64,000 bases of DNA from a virus (IMGVR_UViG_3300012667_000244:34326-98325); one strand, 5' to 3'. Positions 19,392 to 29,249 are shown, counted from the first letter of the stretch. The notes: generated from the sequence alone by a model not told the origin. Translations and numbers: made by a program.

Positions 19392-20766
19392 GAGTAAAAA
19401 GGCTCCTACAGTAAGCATAAAACTCCGCCATTTCGGGGAATGTAGCCAAAAAGTCTGTAGCTCTACGCTTATCGTGTTCGGTAAAGAACAAGTAAAAGTC
19501 TTTTTGGTTAATTACTTCAGGCGTGTCTTGAAACAAATATTGGATCCGTTCCAATTTTGCAATTTCAGTTTCTTTGAACCCGACTCTATTAAAAAATCCA
19601 ATTTGGTTAGATTTCATGTACTCAATCTGTTCTTCAATCATCGGCTTGTATGATTTGGGTAGAATCCCAACATTCATAAATTTTGGATGATCTAAGTAGG
19701 GAATATCGATTGTAATTTCCCTACCCGGCTTGCGATAGTTGCGCTTTAGAATCAATACATCTTGTAAGAACTCTTTGTATGAGGTTACTGACAGAGCGTT
19801 GTAAGTGCTCATGATTGCAAAGTGCAATGTAGGTACTTCACGCAATATTCTACAACAGTTATAAAACCACTTATTGTAGTCTAGTCCGTTACGAATGTAT
19901 TCAGCTTTAGCGCCAAATGCTTCGCAACTTGTGTAGACTGTTACACTCTTAACTAGTCGCTGTGATTCGATGATTTTAAGTTTCTCAATAAACTTGTCAA
20001 ACAACTTGTCTTCAACAACACAATTAGTATTAATAGCAAGCTCTAAGTCTTTGTTAGGATGTTCAATGATATAATCTAGCACACGGAATGTATGCTTAGT
20101 CATCAACGGCTCTCCGCCTGTGATACGGAATGTGTGTAATGTAGGATATAGATCCGGCCACCATTCCCAGAACGCATCAACATAAGGATTTTCATCACGC
20201 TCTGCAATCGGCATCTTGTTTTGTGCAATTACATGGTCAATGCTGTTGAACTTTCTACTAGTTGGGTACGGTCCAAACTGCTTAATTTCTTCCATCCACT
20301 TGCTTGAAATCTCTGGACTGCAATAAGCACATTTAAAGTTACAAGCATAATTGAAGCTGACTTCTAGGTACGCAGGGTTAATATCGCCTGTGTAGCCTAC
20401 TTCCTTTACTTTATTGAAGTAGGGCTTAGACCAACTGTCGTTGCTCTTATACACCCGATCACTGTAAACTTCCGCACCCGCTGGCGCACTATCTTCTACA
20501 TTCCAACAGTAGTGACATTCACTAGGTCTGCTGCCTGTCATCATTTCTTGTCGTGCTAGTTTCTTTGCGCTAGTGTTATGCAATGCGCTAGGATTCTTTT
20601 TAATTTCGCTAATTGGAATAATATGAGTTTTAGGATGATGGCAACTGTGCGTGTGCCCAACTCCTAAGTGTAAGGTTGTTTGTGTCCATTTAGCAAGACA
20701 CATCCCCGGGCCGATCTCATCTAACTGCTTTTTAGTTTCATTTAGAAACAAATTTTTAATGTTCAT
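19378..20766 (-). CDS. Radical SAM protein with N-terminal twitch-like Cys cluster (outside the island)
   Basis: CNFKCAYC, GGEP; N-term CLAKW...SCHH...CHYCW. Same architecture as 37003 and 39150. Confidence 0.88.
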   Translation of the reverse strand: MNIKNLFLNETKKQLDEIGPGMCLAKWTQTTLHLGVGHTHSCHHPKTHIIPISEIKKNPSALHNTSAKKLARQEMMTGSRPSECHYCWNVEDSAPAGAEVYSDRVYKSNDSWSKPYFNKVKEVGYTGDINPAYLEVSFNYACNFKCAYCSPEISSKWMEEIKQFGPYPTSRKFNSIDHVIAQNKMPIAERDENPYVDAFWEWWPDLYPTLHTFRITGGEPLMTKHTFRVLDYIIEHPNKDLELAINTNCVVEDKLFDKFIEKLKIIESQRLVKSVTVYTSCEAFGAKAEYIRNGLDYNKWFYNCCRILREVPTLHFAIMSTYNALSVTSYKEFLQDVLILKRNYRKPGREITIDIPYLDHPKFMNVGILPKSYKPMIEEQIEYMKSNQIGFFNRVGFKETEIAKLERIQYLFQDTPEVINQKDFYLFFTEHDKRRATDFLATFPEMAEFYAYCRSLFTLDNK

Positions 20767-20773
20767 AGAATAC

Positions 20774-20989
20774 TTAGTGCCACCTTAAAAGGAACCACTC
20801 AAGATCGGCTTGCTTCTTAAATTCAAATATATGATATGCTGTTCGGGCATGATAGCCGAGACTATCAATGCACCACTGATTAATCTCGACATACCGTTCT
20901 TCTGACAATACATCAAGTTGATGCATCTCGCCGTGGTCTTCCCATACTTCGGCGATAAATTTGTCGCCGGTGCGTATAGTTATGTCCAT
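20774..20989 (-). CDS. Hypothetical protein
   Basis: 71-aa ORF coupled to the upstream gene. Confidence 0.6.
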   Translation of the reverse strand: MDITIRTGDKFIAEVWEDHGEMHQLDVLSEERYVEINQWCIDSLGYHARTAYHIFEFKKQADLEWFLLRWH

Positions 20990-21843
20990 AGACCGTGGCG
21001 CACCTTAATAAGACGAATCATCATTTGTTCGTCTTCTTTCTCGTAGTCTGCTTCTATCTTGTGCAGTCTATCCAGCGACTTCTTAGTAGCTTTCTCTTCA
21101 GCAGGAGTTTTATCGTTCATGCTGGCAAAGAAATTGTCGCTCTTGCCTTCTGCTACACGGCGTTGACGACGCTCTTCACAAATAGCAGTCCAACCACTTG
21201 CTTCATATGGATCAACTCGAGCAGGACGAACTACAGTCCACCAGTTGTACAAGTCCAACAACTCTTGTGCCTTAACTGCTTGTGGAGTAGGCTTGCCTTT
21301 CTTGTCTTCAGGAATGTTCATGCCGGCGTAGTCAGTGTCGTATATCAGCTTGCGTTGCCATTCGAGATTATCTAACCCGGCTTGTGGACAGCGCCATGTA
21401 CGCCAGCGGAACCAACCACTTGCCCAGAACGGAGCCTCGTACTTTGCTCGGGCGTTCTTATCTTCCCAGGCAATGTGCCACCATGCTAGTTCCACTTCCA
21501 CAAAATTCTGCAACTCATTAAATAGGCAAGGGAGAAAGCGGTTCCCCACATCCATCCAAGTCCCAGGTTTAATATCGCGAGGATGGGCAGTAAGAGAATG
21601 AGTACGAGTGACCCAACGGTTATTAATGTAGTACTTGAGATCATATAGTTTGTCTGTAGGGTAGAACACTATCTTTTGAAGATAGTCAAGACCGTCATCA
21701 GCTAGCCAGTAACGGAATGGATGAGCTTTAGTTGCTTTCTCAGTCCATGCTTCCCAGCCTTCGCTAGTTTCTGCACCTGGCTTGGGAGTACCGCGAAGCC
21801 AGTCTGCAAATTTACTGCATGTCCAATAATGTGATCGTGCCAT
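20980..21843 (-). CDS. Trp-rich hypothetical protein
   Basis: Start moved to ATG 21843 (MARSHYW), directly after the upstream small ORF. Confidence 0.7.
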   Translation of the reverse strand: MARSHYWTCSKFADWLRGTPKPGAETSEGWEAWTEKATKAHPFRYWLADDGLDYLQKIVFYPTDKLYDLKYYINNRWVTRTHSLTAHPRDIKPGTWMDVGNRFLPCLFNELQNFVEVELAWWHIAWEDKNARAKYEAPFWASGWFRWRTWRCPQAGLDNLEWQRKLIYDTDYAGMNIPEDKKGKPTPQAVKAQELLDLYNWWTVVRPARVDPYEASGWTAICEERRQRRVAEGKSDNFFASMNDKTPAEEKATKKSLDRLHKIEADYEKEDEQMMIRLIKVRHGLWT

Positions 21844-21844
21844 C

Positions 21845-21976
21845 TTAAACCTTATTGATTGAATAAACGCTTTGGAAGGGCGCCTTAAAAGCGGCAAACA
21901 TTGTTGCCTCGTGTAGGTTAGGAAAAACCTTTGAAGTCAAGGTTCCGCCTACCATGTAATATTTTACTTTATACAT
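21845..21976 (-). CDS. Small hypothetical protein (43 aa)
   Basis: MYKVKYYMVGG...SINKV fills the gap. Read manually. Confidence 0.55.
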   Translation of the reverse strand: MYKVKYYMVGGTLTSKVFPNLHEATMFAAFKAPFQSVYSINKV

Positions 21977-22370
21977 TTTTCTTAATAAATGGTGCAAGTT
22001 CAGGAGCTTTCCAACCTACTGGTTTCAAAACTTTACCGTCCTCACGCTTGCGCACGAGTCCAGTTTCTTTGTCAATCTTAGCAAAGTTAGTTGACATAAC
22101 TTCTTTCCAACCGCCTTCACCGTCCATGCCAGCACTGTGAATAGCGCCAATAGTAACAACTAAAATGTCTAGTAGAGCATCTAATGTTTCTTTTGGATCA
22201 GCTGGATTAACTCGGTCGCCGGTAGCTAAGTCAAAGCCTTGTGCTACCATCAACTCATCGAATTCTTCTTTAATCAATCCTAAGTACATGCTGAATTGAT
22301 CAGCATTGAACTCAGTAGTACTTTGGCCACAGGCCTTCATGAATTTCTCTTGGTCGCGAAACGGGTTCAT
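21969..22370 (-). CDS. All-alpha NTP pyrophosphohydrolase (MazG/DR2231-like)
   Basis: KEEFDEL...ETLDALLD, EVMSTNFAK, REDGKVLKPVGW. Confidence 0.8.
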   Translation of the reverse strand: MNPFRDQEKFMKACGQSTTEFNADQFSMYLGLIKEEFDELMVAQGFDLATGDRVNPADPKETLDALLDILVVTIGAIHSAGMDGEGGWKEVMSTNFAKIDKETGLVRKREDGKVLKPVGWKAPELAPFIKKNV

Positions 22371-22591
22371 ATTGTATCCTTTAATTGTTTTGTATTTGTT
22401 TTTACTTCATTACTACATCGAATAGGAGCACCTTGGTCGTCTAACATTATCGTACCCCAGGTAGTGTAGCCATCTTGGAATTCAATGAATACTCGATCGT
22501 ATGCACAGAATAGGCGTACATCGGACTGGTTTGATTTAACTATCAAAACAGCACCAATCAGCGTGGCAAACATGATGCTCCAAAATTTCAC
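22367..22591 (-). CDS. Small membrane-anchored protein
   Basis: N-terminal hydrophobic segment; coupled ORF. Confidence 0.55.
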   Translation of the reverse strand: MKFWSIMFATLIGAVLIVKSNQSDVRLFCAYDRVFIEFQDGYTTWGTIMLDDQGAPIRCSNEVKTNTKQLKDTI

Positions 22592-22836
22592 TTTAGTGAT
22601 TCCAGTGTTTGTCTTTTTGCTTCTTCTTTAATTTCTTGAGCATGAATTTGTTGTAAGCCACGGAACATATTCTCTACAACATGTATAATAGCTTTCTTTC
22701 CATCTTCTGTCAAGTGGCTATAATCCGGACTAACAGCACTTTCATACCAAACGCGAGGATTCTTAGCCAGTTCCAACAAGCCCCCGTAGACGAGGTCCTT
22801 GTTCATACTGCGTTTGATATCAAAGTTTTTCGCCAT
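22588..22836 (-). CDS. Hypothetical protein
   Basis: Start trimmed to MAKNF (22836; 22806 is an alternative) to avoid a long overlap with the ligase. Confidence 0.55.
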   Translation of the reverse strand: MAKNFDIKRSMNKDLVYGGLLELAKNPRVWYESAVSPDYSHLTEDGKKAIIHVVENMFRGLQQIHAQEIKEEAKRQTLESLK

Positions 22837-24136
22837 TTGCAAAGCCTCGGAAAGTGAGAAATCGTGGAAAGCGTAAAGAATAAGTGCCATCCTGATTTTG
22901 TGTGATGGCATCAGCGCGAACTTCGACCACTTTACCAACCACCTCATCACGGGCAGTCCAATAAGCTTCACGGTCATTATCAGAAAAGCCACTACCAACA
23001 TTGACAACAATATCTCTTCCATCGTCTGTTCCTTCGCATACTAATGCGCCCAACTTACCTACATTCTTACCAGTGCCTTCTTCAACTGCGGTAACAGTAA
23101 GCGACACTTCAATAAAGGGCTTTAGTTTCAACCAAGCCACTGAACGCTTGCACTTGTAACCTGCCTTTGGATCTTTAAGCATAATGCCTTCGTATCCGCC
23201 CTTAATAGCTAATGCATTGATTTCCATGTAACGCTTTTGTCCTTCAGGCTTGTCCAAGTCAACTAGCTCTTGTGCCACAACTGTTACATTGGACAACTGC
23301 GCTTCGTGCTTAGTAAACCATTTCAGTAACCGTTCACTGCGGTGTTCTTGTGTAGTATCACTTTCGCCGAGTTCAAACTCTGACAACGGGATAGCATCAA
23401 ACAAGTTTAGCACCGCATCATTGGCCTTTGCGCTAGACTTGCGATGAATCTGCTTCATCAAGTCTTGGAATGTGCCGGACATAATCTCACCGTCCAACAC
23501 CATAGGCTCATTAAAGGAATGTGCAATTTTTGCAATTTGCTCTTTCACATGCGGAAAGTTTACCAGCTCTTTTCCATTACGGCTATACTGGTCAACACGA
23601 CCATCTGGATAGACCACTGTAATAACTCGGACACCGTCAAGTTTGACTTCAATGAGCTTAGACCCAGTAACCTTAGACTCATGATTCGCGCTATCGTGTG
23701 CAAGCTGACAACTAAAAACAGGTATTGCATATTGCGGGTATTTCTTTTCGGTTACTTTGTTGACTGTGCTTTCTGAAAAGCCGGCTCTCATATCTTTGAT
23801 AAGAATACGACGGTACCAACCATTCCACTCAGCCTTAGTAGCTTGCTTGGTTAGTGCGGCAACGGCATCACGAGCATCGTTGCCGGTGAGGTCACGATTA
23901 CGCAGACGCTGAGCGACACCATTAAAAGTATCCCAATTGATACCAGGACCATTTTCATCTGTCTTCTCCGGAATTTGTTTAAGGCCAAAAGTGACCATTG
24001 CATTGTACGCTAGGTTCAAACCTGCAAAGAATTCAGTATTGCCCATTTCAGCTTGCGCCAAAACAATAGCTTCTTTATTCAAACGACTAGGATGATCTTC
24101 CAAAGAAGAAATAACTTGATAGCAAGGATCGCTCAT
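22820..24136 (-). CDS. lig: ATP-dependent DNA ligase
   Basis: EVKLDGVR (motif I), LDGEI, EGIMLK, WLKLK, VGSGF, SLRFPRF. Confidence 0.95.
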   Translation of the reverse strand: MSDPCYQVISSLEDHPSRLNKEAIVLAQAEMGNTEFFAGLNLAYNAMVTFGLKQIPEKTDENGPGINWDTFNGVAQRLRNRDLTGNDARDAVAALTKQATKAEWNGWYRRILIKDMRAGFSESTVNKVTEKKYPQYAIPVFSCQLAHDSANHESKVTGSKLIEVKLDGVRVITVVYPDGRVDQYSRNGKELVNFPHVKEQIAKIAHSFNEPMVLDGEIMSGTFQDLMKQIHRKSSAKANDAVLNLFDAIPLSEFELGESDTTQEHRSERLLKWFTKHEAQLSNVTVVAQELVDLDKPEGQKRYMEINALAIKGGYEGIMLKDPKAGYKCKRSVAWLKLKPFIEVSLTVTAVEEGTGKNVGKLGALVCEGTDDGRDIVVNVGSGFSDNDREAYWTARDEVVGKVVEVRADAITQNQDGTYSLRFPRFLTFRGFANGEKL

Positions 24137-24165
24137 TTTAGACCTTTTGTTAACTTAATATAACA

Positions 24166-24194
24166 ATTATACAGTCTAATTATCAGTATGTCAA
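24166..24194 (-). promoter_or_regulatory. Sigma70-type promoter for the ligase operon
   Basis: TTGACA-N17-TATAAT. Confidence 0.85.
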
Positions 24195-24911
24195 GTGATT
24201 TGTAGTCTTAAATGGTTTACCAACAAACGCATAGTCCAATTGGTGCATAATCTTTTTCTTCATTTGGCGAATTTTTGGATGGTTGTGATTCCAATCAAAT
24301 GCTGCCAAATATCTGTGATAGGTAGATTTTTTATGCTTTTTGGCTTTCATGCTATCCATATACTTTTGGATAGTTAGCTTATCGAGTCCAAAACGATCAA
24401 TCATATCGCAGGCGATATTGAAACTAAACGCACCCATTTCATCACGGTCACCGTAGTACTCTTGGGTAACTCTTTGCTTGTGTAAGTAGGCTGTACTTTC
24501 ATATCCCGGAATTGCTTTGAAGTTTCTACTGCGGTATTGGCGCATGTGGATAACTTCGTGTAGGATTGTATCAGCAAAGATTGAGCACAATCTATTCCAA
24601 CGATATTCTGTTAGTTTGACTACAGTATCTAACGGATGATAGCTCAGCACTATTTCAATAAAGCGGGTGTACCCTTGTTTATCGTAGTCAGAATAATAAG
24701 CTCCACCCATATAAACTAGGCCACGCTTTTGACTTGAGTCTCGTTGTTTGCGTACCACCTTAACAGGAAGGTGCGATTTAATATGCGTACTTAATATTTT
24801 TTGTAGGGTCTTAACTTCGATCTTTTTGCCAACAATTTCTTTACCTACGCTGTAAAGCATAGTGTGCAAGTTATATCGGTCCAACAAGCTCCAGTTAAAA
24901 TCCTTACGCAT
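24183..24911 (-). CDS. HExxH zincin-like protein (paralogue of 30638)
   Basis: LHEVIHMRQ...YYGDRDEMGAFS; TAAATA at 24935. Confidence 0.65.
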   Translation of the reverse strand: MRKDFNWSLLDRYNLHTMLYSVGKEIVGKKIEVKTLQKILSTHIKSHLPVKVVRKQRDSSQKRGLVYMGGAYYSDYDKQGYTRFIEIVLSYHPLDTVVKLTEYRWNRLCSIFADTILHEVIHMRQYRSRNFKAIPGYESTAYLHKQRVTQEYYGDRDEMGAFSFNIACDMIDRFGLDKLTIQKYMDSMKAKKHKKSTYHRYLAAFDWNHNHPKIRQMKKKIMHQLDYAFVGKPFKTTNHLTY

Positions 24912-24961
24912 CTTAATCTCCGAGTGGGCACTATTATTTAGTAACCCACTCTGAAATCAAT

Positions 24962-25582
24962 TTATGGGCGTTTTGAGATAACTTTATCAGCTAAACCGTA
25001 GGCTACAGCCTCGTCCGCACTGAGGAAAGTATCAAATTTCATGGTGTTAAACAGCTCGTCGTACTGTTTGCCCGCAGTATTGTGACGCACATACAGTTCT
25101 GTTAGGCGTTTGTTAATACGCACTGATTCTTCAAAACTACGCTTTGCGTCTTCAAACTGCAAATCTTGTACATGAACGCTACCCCGTGTGCCCGGAGTAC
25201 CAGAGCTAACACGATGAATCATTGTGCGACTTTCAGGAAGCACGAATCGCTTACCGGCGCATCCTGCTTGTGCGAGGAAACTACCCATACTGCAAGCCTG
25301 TCCAAGGACATAAGTGGCGACATCGGGTTTAATGAATTGCATGGTATCGTAAATAGCAAGGCCAGCAGTAACGGACCCACCAGGGCTATTAATAAAGAAA
25401 GTAATGTCTTCATTACCTTGACTCTCCAAGAAGAGCAACTGTGCAACAATCACACTAGAAGTATGCTCGTTAACATCCGAATCTAGCATTACAATTCGGT
25501 CCTTGAGCAAACGACTGTAAATGTCGTAGGCCCGTTCACCTTTTGGTTCTGATTCAATAACCGTTGGGATTAGTCTTGTCAT
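24962..25582 (-). CDS. clpP: ATP-dependent Clp protease proteolytic subunit
   Basis: ERAYDIYSRLLKDRI, INSPGGSV, ACSMGS (Ser), MIH (His), DTFLSADEA..YGLAD. Confidence 0.95.
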   Translation of the reverse strand: MTRLIPTVIESEPKGERAYDIYSRLLKDRIVMLDSDVNEHTSSVIVAQLLFLESQGNEDITFFINSPGGSVTAGLAIYDTMQFIKPDVATYVLGQACSMGSFLAQAGCAGKRFVLPESRTMIHRVSSGTPGTRGSVHVQDLQFEDAKRSFEESVRINKRLTELYVRHNTAGKQYDELFNTMKFDTFLSADEAVAYGLADKVISKRP

Positions 25583-25590
25583 TATTTTCC

Positions 25591-25911
25591 TTAAGAGTTT
25601 TTAATTGTTTCAAACAATTCACGGCGGTCTCGTTTGAAGAGTGTGTACAGATTGCTAAAAATCGAATACACTAGATATAGTATAGCAGAAACCCATCCAA
25701 CTGTAAAGCCTATAGTTGATCCAAATAGTGCCATAACAGTAAAGCCCATGCCACCAGTCCAGAAAATACTTAAAATTATCCAGAGCAGGATTGCCAACGG
25801 CGGGTGGCGGCGTAACTCTTCCTTGTAGGCATAGTGCTGTTCAACGACTTTCTCAATGAAGGCCTTTGCAAGCCAGATTGAGAAAGCCTTAGTTAATCGT
25901 AATGCTTTCAT
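25591..25911 (-). CDS. Membrane protein
   Basis: Two hydrophobic helices. Confidence 0.6.
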   Translation of the reverse strand: MKALRLTKAFSIWLAKAFIEKVVEQHYAYKEELRRHPPLAILLWIILSIFWTGGMGFTVMALFGSTIGFTVGWVSAILYLVYSIFSNLYTLFKRDRRELFETIKNS

Positions 25912-26453
25912 TGCTCAACTTCTTTAAATGCATCAGCGGAACGCTTCAAAGCCAATTCATTAGACTTAGCTTGTTCTTTAGTTTTACGCAAGATGTTAGC
26001 ATCACCTGTAGGTAGTACGATTTCGACATAAGTGTAATACTTGGTGCCTACTAGGAACACTTCTTTCTTACCTGGTTCAATACCAGTAATGTCAGTCTTG
26101 TTACATGCACTGACAATAACTTGTTCACTAACTGTGTTATCGTTAGTCTGGTAAACACGACCACGCTTGCTAACAGTTCCGCCTGCACTCATACAGATCT
26201 TACCATAAGCAAAGTTCTTAGCTAGGAACTCGGAATGTTCACGGCTCTTAGATTCGGCCATACCGTAGGCATAGACCGCTGAGTTACTGATACGGGGATT
26301 GTCTTTAAACCAACCGGGAGTTTGTTTGAAAGCCTTTTCTGCCATGCGTTCTTCACGCTCACGCTCTGCGTCGGCTCGTTTAGCATACGGATCTGTAGTA
26401 CCACAAGCGGTCAACAGGGCGATAAGTGGAAGTGCAATTAGAAACTTTTTCAT
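25908..26453 (-). CDS. Lipoprotein (LPP20-like possible)
   Basis: Signal peptide with lipobox LTAC; PGWF motif. Confidence 0.7.
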   Translation of the reverse strand: MKKFLIALPLIALLTACGTTDPYAKRADAEREREERMAEKAFKQTPGWFKDNPRISNSAVYAYGMAESKSREHSEFLAKNFAYGKICMSAGGTVSKRGRVYQTNDNTVSEQVIVSACNKTDITGIEPGKKEVFLVGTKYYTYVEIVLPTGDANILRKTKEQAKSNELALKRSADAFKEVEQ

Positions 26454-26454
26454 T

Positions 26455-26577
26455 TTATTTTCCGTTCATTTTGTCTTTTGTCCATTCGGCGGACGATTGA
26501 ATGTCTTTACCAATGCCGGCTACAGTGGAGCAAGCAGACAACATGGTAACCAAAAATAATGCTAGAACTACTTTCAT
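26455..26577 (-). CDS. Entericidin EcnA/B-family lipopeptide (40 aa)
   Basis: MKVVLALFLVTMLSACSTVAGIGKDIQSSAEWTKDKMNGK: lipobox LSAC plus C-x-T-x-x-G-x-G-x-D-I. Missed by the ORF track. Confidence 0.8.
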   Translation of the reverse strand: MKVVLALFLVTMLSACSTVAGIGKDIQSSAEWTKDKMNGK

Positions 26578-26592
26578 GCTACTTTCTTTCTT

Positions 26593-26739
26593 TTAGTAAA
26601 CTTCGCCCATACCGATTACATCATTTGCACCATATTGGCGCTTGAGAATTTCTGCACCTTCATTGATTGAAGTTGCTTTGAAAGTCGTATCAAAAGTACG
26701 ATCTGACAAATAAACTCGATATCTAAATTCAACTAACAT
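26593..26739 (-). CDS. Small hypothetical protein (48 aa)
   Basis: AGGAG RBS; MLVEFRYRVY...GEVY; first gene after a promoter. Confidence 0.65.
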   Translation of the reverse strand: MLVEFRYRVYLSDRTFDTTFKATSINEGAEILKRQYGANDVIGMGEVY

Positions 26740-26768
26740 AGTAACTCCTTTTGTGTTTGTATGTGTAT

Positions 26769-26797
26769 ATTATAACGCAAAACGAGTTCTGCGTCAA
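26769..26797 (-). promoter_or_regulatory. Sigma70-type promoter
   Basis: TTGACG-N17-TATAAT. Confidence 0.8.
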
Positions 26798-26814
26798 CTT
26801 CTTTTGGCTAGATT

Positions 26815-27210
26815 TTAAGAGCCCGTTTGGCGACAACTGACCGTGGCTTTACTCTCGAAAGTTCCGCCCAAATCCAAAAGTAGATTTTTTCGAGCCCGTT
26901 CTCTAGCATAGTAGCAAAGGCTTTCGAGCTGTTCTAGCCCATTTTCTGTTTCTTCCAAATGATAAGTTTTACCGTCAACAGTTAAATCAAATCGGACAGT
27001 ACAAGTACCAATAGCACCTTCTTCGTCCTTTTCCTTAACCAAATTGGTAATTTTACCTACTTGTCGTTCGCTTACTAGATTACTAGAAGTATCAACAACA
27101 CAACCGTTTTCGTCAGGTTGTCGAACCTCTGATTGTTGCACAGGTGCTTCTTGTGGAATTGGCCCACAAGCTGTTAGCATTACTGCCAACAACAATAGAA
27201 CATATTTCAT
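26815..27210 (-). CDS. Lipoprotein
   Basis: Lipobox LTAC; four further Cys. Confidence 0.7.
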   Translation of the reverse strand: MKYVLLLLAVMLTACGPIPQEAPVQQSEVRQPDENGCVVDTSSNLVSERQVGKITNLVKEKDEEGAIGTCTVRFDLTVDGKTYHLEETENGLEQLESLCYYARERARKNLLLDLGGTFESKATVSCRQTGS

Positions 27211-27638
27211 TTGTAGCTTTCATCAAGTTTCACATTAGTAAGTCCGGCAACAGTTTGGAACTTATCCCATGCTGCCTTAGCAGTTGGATTTGCCGCTAGC
27301 TCTGAGTTTGGCAACACTGCTTCTAACCAAATTTCCGGACGACGAGTAGGGTGTGCGCCGAACTGTCGTGGCTGATGCATCTTACCGCTGTCGTATAGAT
27401 TTCGTGTAACATTACGGAACTGTAACTCAGCATCGGCTGGATAGTTGGCCCATTCTGGGGCACTCCACAAGCTACCAACAGTTTGACCGCCGCCGTATCC
27501 TTGCCAAATGCTAGTCCATTGTTCGTCATTGTGCGGATCAAAATCTGTCCGTGTAATAACGACTAGAACATCTTCAATATCTACAGCACCGTCTACGATG
27601 TCACGAACGCAACGGCTATAACTAAGTCCAATTTTCAT
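27207..27638 (-). CDS. Hypothetical protein
   Basis: 143-aa coupled ORF. Confidence 0.7.
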   Translation of the reverse strand: MKIGLSYSRCVRDIVDGAVDIEDVLVVITRTDFDPHNDEQWTSIWQGYGGGQTVGSLWSAPEWANYPADAELQFRNVTRNLYDSGKMHQPRQFGAHPTRRPEIWLEAVLPNSELAANPTAKAAWDKFQTVAGLTNVKLDESYK

Positions 27639-27872
27639 TTATCTTCCAGTCTGTGTGTATGATATAGTAGGTCCAGCACTTTCAATGTCCATCCCAGCAC
27701 TTCTGCCTTCGTAGCATTTACCGTTCCATCTTAGCTTTAATTTTACACTCTTATTCAGGATGATGTCAAGTGTTTGTTCAAAAATAAATTGATCCACTAC
27801 TGCTTCCACAGTTTTGGAATTTATAGACATTTTGACTTGACAAGTATCACTGTGCCGAAGTAGTGTCGCCAT
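27639..27872 (-). CDS. Hypothetical protein
   Basis: Start trimmed to MATLLRH. Confidence 0.6.
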   Translation of the reverse strand: MATLLRHSDTCQVKMSINSKTVEAVVDQFIFEQTLDIILNKSVKLKLRWNGKCYEGRSAGMDIESAGPTISYTQTGR

Positions 27873-28203
27873 TTTCTTCCCCGATTGTAATGTTAACCGT
27901 TTTGATACCATCCCAACGGAAGCTCTTCCACGCCTTGCTTTCCAAATCATAAACGGGCATGACATCCTCGTTTACTTTCTTTTCTTTTTTGGGCACTGGA
28001 AAATCAATAGGGTTATCTGTATTTGTAACATGTACCTTTTCTTCCACCAATGGAACTAGTTCGGTACTAGTTGTGCATTTCATTACACGCTCAGTACCGT
28101 CCTTCTTTGTAAAAGTTACGACAACTTCTCCCATTTGAAGCATACTCTTAAGCCAGGGCTTGAGTGCTTCAAGATCCGTTACATCAGTTTTGATGTTATT
28201 CAT
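27847..28203 (-). CDS. Sm-like/SH3 (WYL_2-type) small phage protein
   Basis: VTFTKKDGTERVMKCT...VYDLESKAWKSFRWD. Confidence 0.75.
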   Translation of the reverse strand: MNNIKTDVTDLEALKPWLKSMLQMGEVVVTFTKKDGTERVMKCTTSTELVPLVEEKVHVTNTDNPIDFPVPKKEKKVNEDVMPVYDLESKAWKSFRWDGIKTVNITIGEENGDTTSAQ

Positions 28204-28361
28204 TATTTGGCTTCTTTCGCTTCAAGTTCGTTAACACGAGCAGTCAGGCGCACGATTTCACCTTCCAACTTTTCGATGTGTTCTGCTACCTGCTCCATAA
28301 AGCCCTTGTTGTTGTCGCCAAGCGCTCGAAGCATTGCAGGCACTGTAATTTTATCTGTCAT
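28203..28361 (-). CDS. Small coiled-coil protein
   Basis: MTDKITV start after GGAG; heptad pattern. Confidence 0.6.
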   Translation of the reverse strand: MTDKITVPAMLRALGDNNKGFMEQVAEHIEKLEGEIVRLTARVNELEAKEAK

Positions 28362-28362
28362 T

Positions 28363-29217
28363 TTAAATCTCCAAAATTTTAGTAGGATCCCAGCCAGTGT
28401 TCTCGCTGTATCCGTCGTTTTCGTAACCACGGGGGTTACATACTACTCTTGTTTCACCAATCATGTAATCAAAAGGGTGATGTGTATGTCCATGTGTCCA
28501 CAGTTTAATCTGCGGGTGATCCAAAATGAACTCACTCAAGTCACTGTGGTAGCCACCGTTCATCAAAGTTTCATGAGCGTAGCTTTCATGCACACTTTGG
28601 AAACTTGGACTGTGATGTCCGACCACAACAAACTTCTTGTCATGCTGTTCAGCCAATACTGTTCTAAAGTATTGCAAAGTCCTAGCATGACGTCCTACAA
28701 CATCTCTAGCACTCATCGCGGCATAGTTACGCTTATCGTTGCGGATGATACGGAAGTCGTTCATCATACCTTCAATGGCATGCATAGTCAAAGGATCGCC
28801 TTTGTTCATGTCAGTCCACAAAGTACCACCGATGAAAGTAACATCATCAATAACTTTAGTATCGCACTCAAGGAAGTGAATGTTAGTATGCTTGGCACAT
28901 TCGTCACGCAGGTAGTCGATGCCAGCATAGAACTTACCGTTGTAGAACTCGTGATTGCCGGCAACATAGATAACATCTTTAAACTGGAATGAGCAACGCT
29001 TCAGGAAATCACGGAAGCGAGCTACTCGTTGCATCTTACGGCTAAGGTCTGCCAATGCTCCACTGCTGTATGGATTAAAGTCAGCGGCGTGGTGGTCGTG
29101 CAGATCCTGGGCAATCATAATGTCACCGCCCAAAATTAGTACATCAGCTCCTTCGTTATTGTTTACAAAACAATCCGAAAATTCCAAATGTAAATCACTA
29201 ACTAATTTAATTTTCAT
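28363..29217 (-). CDS. Calcineurin-like metallophosphoesterase
   Basis: SDLH, GDI, GNHE, HH, HGHTH. Confidence 0.9.
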   Translation of the reverse strand: MKIKLVSDLHLEFSDCFVNNNEGADVLILGGDIMIAQDLHDHHAADFNPYSSGALADLSRKMQRVARFRDFLKRCSFQFKDVIYVAGNHEFYNGKFYAGIDYLRDECAKHTNIHFLECDTKVIDDVTFIGGTLWTDMNKGDPLTMHAIEGMMNDFRIIRNDKRNYAAMSARDVVGRHARTLQYFRTVLAEQHDKKFVVVGHHSPSFQSVHESYAHETLMNGGYHSDLSEFILDHPQIKLWTHGHTHHPFDYMIGETRVVCNPRGYENDGYSENTGWDPTKILEI

Positions 29218-29249
29218 TTTCTGCTTTCAATAATTCTCTATTTGCATGT

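Noticed and set aside
28135-28992. 285-aa plus-strand ORF
   Set aside because: Antisense to a clear metallophosphoesterase and its neighbours; no recognisable features.
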